Below the pieces are notes generated by a model. It was not told the origin of the DNA. It did not search any database and was given only the letters and a program-made list of their open reading frames with translations. 64,000 nt of DNA, from the NCBI GenBank assembly GCA_918797485.1, contig CAKKNE010000004.1, positions 1,054,001 through 1,118,000 of the forward strand, given 5' to 3'. A program made the position numbers and the translations under genes. This document shows, one piece after another, positions 49,508 through 59,900 of this stretch (its first letter is position 1; each line of letters starts with the position of its first letter). The stretch comes from Pelagomonas calceolata. Taxonomy: Eukaryota.

Positions 49508-49872
49508 TGAGCACCACCACCTCCCACAAGCCCGGCGCCCCGGCCCAGCCGCCAAGCAACCCGCGCTCCTTCCACGCCATGTTCATGGACGAGGGCTGCG
49601 GCCCCCAGTTCCAGACGACGTACGACCACGACCGCGCCTACAGGAACCCGCACATCACGGACGAGCCGGTGCCGGGCACTGGTACAACACCGACGATCAT
49701 GACGACCGTCTCCGCGGACAACATGCTCGTCAAGCCTCATTTATCTCCGACGAAGGAGCGGCCGATGAAGAAGTACGTCGGCTCGCCCAAGGCAAAGCGG
49801 CGCTTCTGGCGCGGGCCCGAGGAGATGGGCCGCCGCAAGTTCCCGCCTCCACAAACGACGGTGCCGCTCTGA
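49508..49872 (+). CDS. Small hypothetical protein (3' end uncertain)
   Basis: ATG in GCCATG context, coding-like codon use. Confidence 0.55.
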
Positions 49873-50032
49873 GGACGCGGCCGCGGTGGCTTTGTGGTCG
49901 CAGCGATGGCGTCGACGCGATGCCACGTCGCCTCGACGCCGTCGACGTGGCCGTCAGAGAGTCTACTACGCGTCTCGCGAGAACGGCTTGTCTCGTCCGC
50001 ACACGGCGGATGGGATTGTGTAAGAATAAGAA

Positions 50033-50824
50033 TCAAGTCTTACGCCGCCACCGCTCGACGTCGGACACAACATCTTCCCGCCGCGAGTCGTCATAAACGG
50101 AAGCCTCCATCAACGCCCGGTCGCAGACGCGGTCCACAGCGCCTCTATCAAGCAGACCTAGCGCGTGGCAGATGTCTGCCGCCCCCACATAGGTCCGGAA
50201 AAAACGTACCGGAACCCCGTTCACCTCGTACGCCTCCGACACAGTGCCCGGTCCGACAATGTGCAGTAAGACGGCCTCCATGAGCTCGGGATACTTGTAG
50301 CACATGAGCTCGCCGGCCTCGCCGTCTCTTTCTCCCGTATCGCCGATAAACACATAGCCACTCCCGGGAAACCGTGCCGCCAATACGCCGAAATTCAAGA
50401 ACTTGCGCCAGCCCTTGAAGTCCTGGAAGACCCACTCGTGCGCGCTCCCGTAGAGCACCCGATCGGGAGCGACGCCCCACTTTGGGTTCGAGCGCCTTCT
50501 ACCACATTCCCGGAAGGTCTTCACGACCTTGTCGTTGGCATCTAACCGCAGTGCAAATGCGAATTCCTCGGCGCGCGCGGTGAGCACGGCGACGGGCTCC
50601 GGGTCCGAACGTGCATTTGCTAATTCGAAGCAGAAGTCGCAGACCCCCGGGTAGAACTGTCCCCGCTCATACTGTTCATCAATACCGCCCAGCGGGATGT
50701 CTAGTATTCGTACATTGCCGCTCGACTTGACGGTGTCGTCGACGTCCACGACGACCTGGATCGGTCGGCCCGGTTGTAATGCTGTGGTTCGGAGCAGGGC
50801 GGCGACGAAGAGCGCGACGCGCAT
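50033..50824 (-). CDS. App1-like HAD phosphatase with targeting leader
   Basis: DVDDT motif, VLTAR, VFIGDTGERD. Confidence 0.7.
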   Translation of the reverse strand: MRVALFVAALLRTTALQPGRPIQVVVDVDDTVKSSGNVRILDIPLGGIDEQYERGQFYPGVCDFCFELANARSDPEPVAVLTARAEEFAFALRLDANDKVVKTFRECGRRRSNPKWGVAPDRVLYGSAHEWVFQDFKGWRKFLNFGVLAARFPGSGYVFIGDTGERDGEAGELMCYKYPELMEAVLLHIVGPGTVSEAYEVNGVPVRFFRTYVGAADICHALGLLDRGAVDRVCDRALMEASVYDDSRREDVVSDVERWRRKT

Positions 50825-51018
50825 CGATGGCGTGCTCAGCTCAGCGCGGTGCACAAGGCTGCAGGCTGCTTTCAGCAGCAATGGTGCACGGCTGCAGCCG
50901 TGGTTTTTGACGCGCGCTTGCAAAACAGCGATGGTGCTGGGTTCAAAACGATGCACTTATGCCGTGTTTTGAACCAAGTGTCGAGCACTGAGGGCTGCAA
51001 TGCACCAAGTCTCGGCTT

Positions 51019-51042
51019 GCTAGTGTCTCACAGCCCGCTAGC
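51019..51042. promoter_or_regulatory. GCTAG...CTAGC upstream motif in a divergent intergenic region
   Basis: GCTAGTGTCTCACAGCCCGCTAGC. Confidence 0.65.
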
Positions 51043-51256
51043 TCACCTCTCGGTTCGACTCGAGAGGGCAGTAATAGCGAGCGGTAGTCCTCGCCGAGGA
51101 CGCCGTGTGCCACTAGGTTGCCCGGCTCGACTCTGCCTGCAGCGCGCAGCGCGAGAGAGGCCGTGCTGCCCGGCTTACGCCCGCCGACGCGGGCAGAGGA
51201 GAGGCACCACTGCAAGGCACCAATCTCGCGGCGAGGCAGCCCCTCCAACCGCAAGA

Positions 51257-53029
51257 ATGGCGCCAAGTGTCGAGGTCGAGGCGACGCTGCCCCGGTCTAG
51301 CATCGCGCGCACGACGCGCCGCCGAAAGACCGCCCGGAAACCTGCGGCCCGGGGTGTCGACGCGCCCGAGCCCATCAAGAGGACCACCTTGGTGCGGCGC
51401 CGCCCGCGCCCCAGCAAGCCCCAGCCGCCCACGACGACCGCGCTCGTGCGCCGCCGGCCGCGGCCGCCCAAGCCCCAGCCGCCCACCCTTAACTTACGGG
51501 AATTGGTAGAGGCGGACCCGGCGGCGAAGTACGACCGCCTGCCGCGCTTGCCTGGTTTAGAACCGCGCAACACCGATCCTTCGGGCGAGGGCTACGCTTC
51601 TGGGTATGGTCGAACACGCAAAAAAGTATTCTACGACGTACCTGAACAGCTGGGGGAGCTGTCCGTCCAGAGCGGGTTCTCCGGCTCGCTAGGTTTGAGG
51701 GAGAAGCCTTCAGCGAGCGATTACGAGAAGCTGCCCGGAGCCCCTTCATTTGGGGCTGTCGAGTTGTTTTCCGCTGCCTTGGATGAAGACAAACCGGACC
51801 GAAACGGTCCCACCACGCCCGTCAAACAAAGATTGTTCGAGCCGGACCTGCCGCCCTACTCTCCGCAGTACGTCCCGAAGCCGTCTCCCGTCTCAGATGA
51901 TGAAAGTGTGGCCAGACGAGCTTTTCCCTTCTCGCCACCGCACACGCGCAAGCTGCACATCAAGCCAAGACCGAAGACGTGGTCCGGCGTGCGCGTGCGC
52001 GTGTTCGGGGACATGGCGGCGCGCGAGTTACTTACTGGTGCTTTTCGAGCCGAGGATCGCCGGTCGAAGTCCGCCCCGTCCGCCTGGAAGGCCGTGAAGA
52101 AGCGCGTGCATGGGGACATGGCGGCCCGCGAGTTGTTGATGGGGGCCTACCGGACAGAGAGTGACGAGATCGAGGATTGGCGGGATCCCAACGAGGCGAC
52201 CTTCCAGCAGACGCCGGGCGCGGAGGCGATGTCGCCGGGCGCCATGTCGCCTCCCAATGGTGTGGCGCCCTACGGCCACACGCCGGCCAAAGCTGATCAA
52301 GATCCGGGCTCGCCTGAAAGGCAGGATCAAGCCGCGGCCAAGGTCCAAGCGCGCATTCGGGGCCGGAACGCGCGCGAGGCTGTTGGCAGAAGAATGCCGA
52401 TGCGGCCGTCCTTCGACGACGGCGGGTGCCCGTCGCCGCACAAAGGTTCTGCGAGCCCGCTCGACGACGCGTCCGTCGACACCGTGTCCATAGCTGATCC
52501 AAGGCGGCCGCCGCGCGGGCCGAGATTCATGTTGAGAGTACGCGCCTCCAAGACGCGCGACGAGCAGCGGCGAGTGGTCGGTAGGGACGACTTGAGATCA
52601 CTGAGGCATGCATCCAAGTGCGCCCTCGCGACTCTAGGTGTCGAGGACTCTGTGAGGAAGCGGCCCGGCTTTGGATTATGTTACAAGGATCCGGTGACGC
52701 GCCGGACGATCTCGTTACTGAATGATGAGGACTGGCTCGCCGCTCGAGATGGGGGATTACGTCTACCGCAGCCCCAGGTCTTCCTGCTCGTCGACGTGGG
52801 CGAGCCTCTGAGGGCTCTGCGGACGTGCCGCGTCGAGTTCAATCGTGTAGAATTGAGGGGCAAGGCGCCGTCGTTCGACTTGCTGGCTCGAACGCTTCTG
52901 CCCCATAAACTGGCGGACGCGCGGCGCCCGCCCGAGAAGTCGCCTCCCAAGAACCGGACGCCGCTCAAGGAGCGAAGGCGGCGGTTGGCGCTGAATTTGG
53001 AGGCGGGGTTGTCGCTGGCGACGGCGTAA
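51257..53029 (+). CDS. Disordered protein with IQ motif and possible PB1-like domain
   Basis: AAAKVQARIRGRNAR; LCYKD....ISLLNDEDW; internal repeats LVRRRPRP and GDMAARELL. Confidence 0.65.
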   Translation: MAPSVEVEATLPRSSIARTTRRRKTARKPAARGVDAPEPIKRTTLVRRRPRPSKPQPPTTTALVRRRPRPPKPQPPTLNLRELVEADPAAKYDRLPRLPGLEPRNTDPSGEGYASGYGRTRKKVFYDVPEQLGELSVQSGFSGSLGLREKPSASDYEKLPGAPSFGAVELFSAALDEDKPDRNGPTTPVKQRLFEPDLPPYSPQYVPKPSPVSDDESVARRAFPFSPPHTRKLHIKPRPKTWSGVRVRVFGDMAARELLTGAFRAEDRRSKSAPSAWKAVKKRVHGDMAARELLMGAYRTESDEIEDWRDPNEATFQQTPGAEAMSPGAMSPPNGVAPYGHTPAKADQDPGSPERQDQAAAKVQARIRGRNAREAVGRRMPMRPSFDDGGCPSPHKGSASPLDDASVDTVSIADPRRPPRGPRFMLRVRASKTRDEQRRVVGRDDLRSLRHASKCALATLGVEDSVRKRPGFGLCYKDPVTRRTISLLNDEDWLAARDGGLRLPQPQVFLLVDVGEPLRALRTCRVEFNRVELRGKAPSFDLLARTLLPHKLADARRPPEKSPPKNRTPLKERRRRLALNLEAGLSLATA

Positions 53030-53052
53030 TGTGGTGTGGAATATACTAGAAG

Positions 53053-53240
53053 TTAGGTGTGGGGCGATTCGCGCGCGCGGAGCGCTGCTCGCGCCCCTTG
53101 TAGGGCTCGCACAATCGAACCTACGGTCGGGTTTGCGCCACCGAGCACGCGCCGCGCGATCCGTTCCGTGTCCTCGAGCGTCCTCACAGCCTCGCGGAGA
53201 TCGTCGAGCGTGGCGGCGGGGTCCTTGAAGAGCGCCCGCG
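53053..53240 (-). pseudogene. 5'-truncated MYND-RINGv-TPR family fragment
   Basis: ALFKDPAATLDDLREAVRTLEDTERIARRVLGGANP matches the C-termini of copies 2 and 3. Confidence 0.85.
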
Positions 53241-53315
53241 CATCCGCGCACCGCGACGGTTTTTCTTGGGGCCACGAAGTCGAGGTCCGGGAGGTGACAC
53301 AAACAACACACACAG

Positions 53316-53885
53316 GTCAAGGAGTGGACGAAGAAGGGCCGCAAGGCCCTGTTCGAAGGTTCTAGGGATTGCGCGTGGGTCGCCGAAGATCCCGAGAACC
53401 GGTGTGGGCACCGCGGCGAGGTCACGGCCAAGGAGGTCTGTCGCAAGGCTTGTGGATTCCCCGGTGGTGTTGATAGACCGACCTTCGAGGTCGAGTCCGA
53501 GGCGCCCACCTACAACGCGGATCCGACGCTGCGAGGCGGCTTCGGCGGTTTAGATGCGGCTGCCGTCACCTCTTTAGCGGTCGGCGCCCCTGCGTCTGAC
53601 TCACCTTCGTCCGTGCACCGCGATGGCGTCTTAGAGGTCCCGTCCCCTCCGGTCCGGAAGGTGACAAAAAAAACAACACAGGTCAACGCGCTCGAGAAGA
53701 TGAAGAAGCTCGCCAAGTCGGCGCCGCGGTCCTGCGACTGGGTCGCGGCGGATCCTGGGCATCGTTGTGACGAGCGGGGCACCGTCGCGGCGGAAGACGC
53801 GTGCCACGCGGCGTGCTACGCGCAGGAGCTCAAGAACCTGAAGCGCGAGACGTGGAGCGCGCAGCAGCCGCTCCGGGCGCCGTGA
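53316..53885 (+). pseudogene. 5'-truncated gene with two CxWVAxDPxxRC...CxxAC Cys repeats
   Basis: Open frame after an acceptor at 53314-53315, no start codon; probable intron 53490-53681. Confidence 0.6.
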
Positions 53886-54142
53886 GGCGATCCCCCTTTC
53901 TCCCTTACCTCTGTGTAATCACTCTTTCCCCCACGACCCGTGTCTGACGTCCCCACCCCCGAACGACGCCGTCCGCGAAACTGCATGCGTAGACTCTCAT
54001 GCGGCTGGTTGGCGGCGTCGACGGCGTCGAGGCGGCGTGGCATCGCAGCAACGCCGGCGAGCCGACGTGGTCCCACGACGCCGTCGATGCGACGAGCTAC
54101 GGCAGTGCTTCCCCCACGCCCGAGAACACAAGCTACTACTCC

Positions 54143-54883
54143 TTAGCTATACGCCTTCTCGTACGACGGCAGCTTCTTCACGCGGTCGAGCCACGCCTCG
54201 AGCGCCGGAAACTCCGCGAGCCAGCCCATCGCCCGCGCGTTGCCTAGCGGTTTGGCGAGGACGAAGTCCGCGGCCGTCGGGCCTTCTATCCCACCTGCTG
54301 ATAGTAACCAAGGTCCAGTGGGATCGAGCGAATGTTGTCTGATGAGTAGTGGCGCGACCGTCTCGACGAAGGTCTTTTGCGCTTCTTCCACGTACGTAGC
54401 GTCCTGCTCCTCGATCGTTTTGAGGTAGGCTTTCACAACTACCGGAAAAACGGTAGTCCCAGTGTAAAAAATGGACTCCCACATCTTACATCTTTGAGTG
54501 GAGGACCACGCGGCGCACTCGCCCGTAACCTCCAGGAGTAAAGATATAATAGCGCCGGACTCCGTGATCAACGAGCCCGTGTAGGACGCGCCTCCTCGTA
54601 GCTTGAGCGCCGGGACGCTTCGTTTGGGATTCAGAGCTCCATATTTCACATCGGTGCGGACGTGCTCGAACGACAGCGTCTCTATCTGTATGTCCTCTTG
54701 CAATTGTAGCTCATGGATCAACTGGACGACCGGCGCGCTGCTCGTTTTTGGGATGTGGTACAAGACACTGTCTTCGAGGGTTTCCATCGCGTTTCGCGCG
54801 TACTGGCGCCTGAACGCAGCGCTGGCGGCTCGAAGGGATGCGGTGGTAATGGTACGAGAGCACAGCAAAGCCGCTGCGAGCAT
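54143..54883 (-). CDS. Glutathione S-transferase family protein
   Basis: LNPKRSVPAL...ITESGAI; TAADF...FPALEAWLDRVKKLPSY. Confidence 0.88.
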   Translation of the reverse strand: MLAAALLCSRTITTASLRAASAAFRRQYARNAMETLEDSVLYHIPKTSSAPVVQLIHELQLQEDIQIETLSFEHVRTDVKYGALNPKRSVPALKLRGGASYTGSLITESGAIISLLLEVTGECAAWSSTQRCKMWESIFYTGTTVFPVVVKAYLKTIEEQDATYVEEAQKTFVETVAPLLIRQHSLDPTGPWLLSAGGIEGPTAADFVLAKPLGNARAMGWLAEFPALEAWLDRVKKLPSYEKAYS

Positions 54884-54906
54884 TTATGGCTGCAAGCGCT
54901 GCACAG

Positions 54907-54930
54907 GCTAGTGTCTTACAGGACGCTAGC
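54907..54930. promoter_or_regulatory. GCTAG...CTAGC upstream motif in a divergent intergenic region
   Basis: GCTAGTGTCTTACAGGACGCTAGC. Confidence 0.65.
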
Positions 54931-55168
54931 AAGCTCTCAGAGCAAAAAAAGCTCAAGGTGGGCTACCGGGACGGGATCTGTCGCCAATTTTATCTACAAA
55001 CACGCTGTCGACGCACAGCAAGCCACTTGCTGCCGCCAAATTGCCGCCCATCAGCGGACACAGCTCCAGCCTCTCTGGGAGCTGAGCCGCTGCCGCCAGT
55101 CGTCGCGGATCAGACGGCACAGCCAAAAACAACCAAAGCGCTCGCGCACGCCAGTCGCGCCACACAAA

Positions 55169-56854
55169 ATGGCAGTAGTCGTCGTAGGCTCGGCCAACGT
55201 CGACCTCGTCGTCAACTCCCCTAGGTTCCCGAAACCAGGAGAAACTTTAATAGGGAGCCGCTTCGAGCAGCTGTTTGGCGGCAAAGGGGCGAACCAAGCC
55301 GCCGCGGCCGCTTTATTAGGTAGTCCCGTGCGCGTCGTCATGAGGGTAGGAAGGGACGACCTCGGCCAGGCGACGCGCAAGAACTTCGAGAGGTTAGGCA
55401 TCGACGCGAATCGCGTCGTTGACACGAGGGACGCGGCGACGGGCGTCGCATTGATAACAGTCGATTCCAATGGGGAGAACACGATCGTCGTCGCGAGTGG
55501 CGCAAACGCGAAGCTCACGCCGGAGGACGTCGCGGAGACGGTCTTCGACGGCGCCTCTGTGATACTGACGCAGCTCGAGGTTCCTGTCAGTACGAACATC
55601 GCCGCTCTGAGAAAGGCCAAGGCTAGAAAAGTGTTGACGGTATTCAATGCCGCGCCGGCGCCCACTTCGCCGTTGCCGGACGAGATTTGGAAGTTGTGTG
55701 ACGTCTTGTGTGTGAATGAACCGGAGTTGCAGCTTTTGACCGGTAGGAAAGTCGAGAACGATTCAGAAGCGTGCGGCGAGCTGCTGAAGAGGGGCGTCGG
55801 CGCCGTGTTGCTGACGCGGGGCCGTCGAGGATGCCTGCTGGTCCGCGAGCAAGGTTCCATCAGTTGCAGTGTACCCGAGGCTTTGCAGAGTACGCCGGTT
55901 GACACGACCGGCGCCGGCGACGCCTTTTTAGGCGCGCTAGCCCACTTGGTCGCGAGCGGGTCGACGCTCGAAGCTGCCTTGCCAGGCGCTGTGGAAGTGG
56001 CATCGACGTCCGTGCGTAGAAGAGGAGCCCAGGCCTCCTACCCGACCGCCGCGGATCTGGGGTGGGCGAAACGGCCGCCGGCGCCGCCCTCGCCGACCCG
56101 TTTCGGGGACTCGCGACGGCCGTCGGTAGCTGGTGCCCTTGCGGCCGCTACCGAAGCGGTGGACAAATTTGTGGCGTCTGGTAGCGTCGTCGGCATCGGC
56201 TGCGGTTCGACCGTCGATCACTGCGTGCAGCTCATCGCCGAGCGACTCGCTTCTGGTGCTTTGAGGGATGTGACGGCCATGGCGACTTCCGAAGCTACTG
56301 AAAGACGCTTACGCGAATTTGGAATCCCGCTGCTACCGCCGGACTCGGACAAAGCCGTCGACGTGGCCCTGACGGGCTGCGACGGCGTGTCCTCGTCCAA
56401 AGACGTCGTCAAGGGCGGCAAGGGCGCCATGCTCCGAGAAAAATTGGTCCGGGCGGCGGCGTCGCGGTGGGTCGTGATTTGTGACGAGTGCAAGCGGAGC
56501 GAGGGGCTCGGCGTCGACTTTCCCGTGCCCGTGGAAGTCGCGCCGGCCTTCCATCAGCGGACGTTGCGAAGGCTCGCGAAGTTGACGGGTGCGGACGCTA
56601 GATTGCGCTTGGGTTTGGCGCCGGCCGGCCGGCCCGGCTCTGATATGAGCGGAAAACCGTTCGTCACAGACAACGGGAACTATGTGGTGGACCTGTTCTT
56701 CAGCGAGCCTCTAGGAGACGTCTGGCTCATGGCGTCGCAGCTCGATGCGTGCCCGGGGGCGGTCGAGCACGGGCTCTTCCCGGCGTCGATGCGGCCGGAC
56801 GACCCCGTCGTGCTCGTCGGTGGGAGTGATGGGGGCGTGGAGCGGATGGAATAA
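55169..56854 (+). CDS. Ribokinase - ribose-5-phosphate isomerase A fusion
   Basis: GSANVD, GGKGANQA, DTTGAGDAF; then GIGCGST, KGGKGAMLREK, VPVEV, TDNGN, GAVEHGLF. Confidence 0.9.
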   Translation: MAVVVVGSANVDLVVNSPRFPKPGETLIGSRFEQLFGGKGANQAAAAALLGSPVRVVMRVGRDDLGQATRKNFERLGIDANRVVDTRDAATGVALITVDSNGENTIVVASGANAKLTPEDVAETVFDGASVILTQLEVPVSTNIAALRKAKARKVLTVFNAAPAPTSPLPDEIWKLCDVLCVNEPELQLLTGRKVENDSEACGELLKRGVGAVLLTRGRRGCLLVREQGSISCSVPEALQSTPVDTTGAGDAFLGALAHLVASGSTLEAALPGAVEVASTSVRRRGAQASYPTAADLGWAKRPPAPPSPTRFGDSRRPSVAGALAAATEAVDKFVASGSVVGIGCGSTVDHCVQLIAERLASGALRDVTAMATSEATERRLREFGIPLLPPDSDKAVDVALTGCDGVSSSKDVVKGGKGAMLREKLVRAAASRWVVICDECKRSEGLGVDFPVPVEVAPAFHQRTLRRLAKLTGADARLRLGLAPAGRPGSDMSGKPFVTDNGNYVVDLFFSEPLGDVWLMASQLDACPGAVEHGLFPASMRPDDPVVLVGGSDGGVERME

Positions 56855-56991
56855 CTGGGCATTTGTGTTTTTGCGTCGTCGTTTCGTCGACGGCGTCCAG
56901 CAATGGGCCCACGACACTTCCCACGCCGTGCGCGCTGGCCAGCGGACTTGCCAGCGGAAGTGCCAGCGGAAGAACAATAGACTTCATAAAG

Positions 56992-59900
56992 TTACCCACC
57001 CCCCATCATCTCAGCAGCCTTGACCTCCTCATCCAACTCCACCCAGGACTCCTCGAAGAGCGACCCGTTGATGATGCGCTTCGCCATCGTCAGCTTGTTC
57101 TCTTTGGTAGCTGGGTGGTTGCACAGGTCGATGGTTTTGGCGGTAGCCTTTGAGGAGTCAGAACACCACGACTCGCACCAGAGCCAGTCCTGCGGTAAGG
57201 AGAAGATGGGGATTTGGGGCTGGGCGTAATTGGGCAAATCTTGGTCGAGATTTGAGAGCGACGCCGGGTCCCGCGACAGCTGGTCGTAGACCATCCTGAG
57301 TTGGTCGCCGACGCCTCTTCTACGAAACACCTCGAGATCGACGACATACAGCGCCGAGATGTGGTACGGCTTGCCTCTCAAATGATCCTTCCAGTAGCCG
57401 GACCGCCAGAACTGGTAGCCCAACGTTTCTTTCCTGCTATCACAGAACGGCGTGTACCCGTAGGCATGGCCTTGTAAATCAAGATCCCAGAGCTCCCGGA
57501 GATTGCCCCGCACCACTTGATCCGCGTCCACATATATAATCTTCGGCACATCAAGGGGAAACAGCACATCCAGGAACAAAATCTTGTAGCCCCAGATGAT
57601 CCTTTGTTTTACCGTTTGCGTTCTGAGCCACTCCGGCCACTTGTACGTTACATATGCCACATCAAAACCTTTCGACTCACCAAGGGCTCTTGCTCCGTCC
57701 TTGAACGCTGGTGTCAGGTAGTTCTCGAAGAGCCAGAACTTGATCGGTCCCGTCGTGCGCTTCCGGACGGAGAGCATCATGATCTTGAGCATCCTTTCAT
57801 ACAAGGAACCCGTCGCCAGAGAAAACACATGGATCGTATCCTTCGACCGCCTCTTCTTCTTCTTTGAGCTAAAGAACCACGACGACTGATCGTCTTCGCC
57901 GAGTAATTCCACGTTCTCCTGGCCCTTGCGCTTCCGCACGCGCAACTGGTGCGCAGACGCTTCGAAGTCACTGACCACGATATCGACGCCGTCCGACGCT
58001 TCGGCGTCCGCGTCGAACGAGGGACCGTACCACGACCGCGCAAACCCGACGGGCTCGACCTGGACCGTCTCGTACAACTCCTCGGACCTTGTATTCGAGG
58101 CGAGTTTTATTTTCCACGCGCCCGGTTGACTGCGGAGCTGGAAGTACCCGAGATTCTGCATGACCAACGTATCGGAAGATGTCCCTTCGAGCTGGATTTG
58201 CAGGCCGTTCGGCGGCCTCGAATCGACCACATCATAGCACTGGCCCATCACGACTAACGACTTCAGCTCATAAACGATCCGCGCGTCGCCGGCGCGCATG
58301 TTGTCCGGGTCACTGGAAGCGGAGGCCATCTGCGCGTCCCAGGCCTCCGGCGTATCTACCCTCAGTGTCAACACTTGGTGCTTCGGCAGGGACGCGAACT
58401 TGGCCCGCGGCGCGCTGTCGACGTCGAGCGCGAAGCGGTAGTATTTCTGGAGTGGCATTTCCTGGAGCTCCGGGTCCGGCGCGAGCACCAACCTCACTTT
58501 CAGTCCCAGGACATCTCGCAGAGCTAGGAGCACCGGAGCGGCTCTCTGGGCAGCTTCGCTCAACGGATCAAAAATGGCCGTCGCTTGCGGTGCGATGCCG
58601 TCGGACGTCAGTACCAATTGTTCGACGCCCTGTTCCTTCAACATGGCCTCTATGAGACCCTCTACATCCGATCTAGGCTCTAGGGAACGCTGACCGGCGT
58701 ACCGTCTCGCCGCGCCGATCGCGTCGAGGACTCGTGGACGGTCCTCGGAGTCAAAGGCCTCGGCCAGTTTCGACGCATATAACGCCTCACTCCTCGCGAG
58801 GACGACGAGGTCGCCGTCGTTTGTGGGGGCGTTCGCTTTCCTACTGTTGGCAAAGGTACAAGTAGTGCCAGGTTCGCAGGGGCCCCTGAACGTCACACCA
58901 TCTGTCGATGTCTTCTTGGAGAAGTAGGCTTCTCTGAGGGCGTCTACCGTAGTACAGTGTTTCGAGATGTAGTGGCCCGTCTCATCTGAATCGGACGAGG
59001 GATTGTGCACTACGGAAACGCGCGCGGCCCCCTCCTTTTGTGAAGCATGCTTCAGTACTAGATAAGCCGCCCGCACGCCACTAACAGAAGACAGGTCCGT
59101 CGCCAAGACGATCGACACGTTGCCTTGCGGGTTCCCGGGGACCCAGTCGTATTCTGACCAGTGGTACTCGTGTTTTTCTAGTTCTAAGATGCGCGAGTGC
59201 CGTTCTACGAGATGCGTGGCCTTCTCCTTGGACGAAGCGCCTCCTAGCAACGCCTTGCCGTAGATCGACTTCGTGCTATCAGTGATCACCTTCCTCCGTA
59301 CTAACTGCTGGAGCCGCGCCTGCTCTTGGCCTAGAGCCGGCAGCAGGTTGTTCTGCAAATCTAAGCCGCTGTCCAACACGAGACCATTCAAGGCCACCGT
59401 ACCCTCAAAGGACAAGCCTTTCTGACTTACAAAGCGCCGTTGCTGGGCGACCTGTAGAGCTACTTCGTTAATCACTTCTTCGTTGGTCAGCAGCCGCCGC
59501 AGCTGCTTCTCAGATGCCTTTTTAGTAGACTCGTAGCCTGGTACAGGGTCCTCCTCACTCATAGAGATGGCCTCGCCGTACGCGGAGATGACGCTCTCGA
59601 GCGTCGGCGCCTCGCCGTACTCGCGGTTCGACGCGAGTTCCACGAGAAAGGCCCACGCCGTTTTGGGACCCCTCGCGAGCTTCGCCAACGAACAGGCGGC
59701 GGCGACCTGGGTCCCGATGGAACTCGGATCGAATTGTTTTATGACCTGCTGCTCGTCGACGTCCTGAGCTTCATCAGAGAAGACGTCACCTGACGCTTCA
59801 TCGCTCAGAGACGCGTCGCCGAGCACAAAGGCGACTCGGACCGGATAGCCCTGGCGCAGCATGGCGTGGGCCACGTAGATCGCGTTCAGGGCTTCATCGG

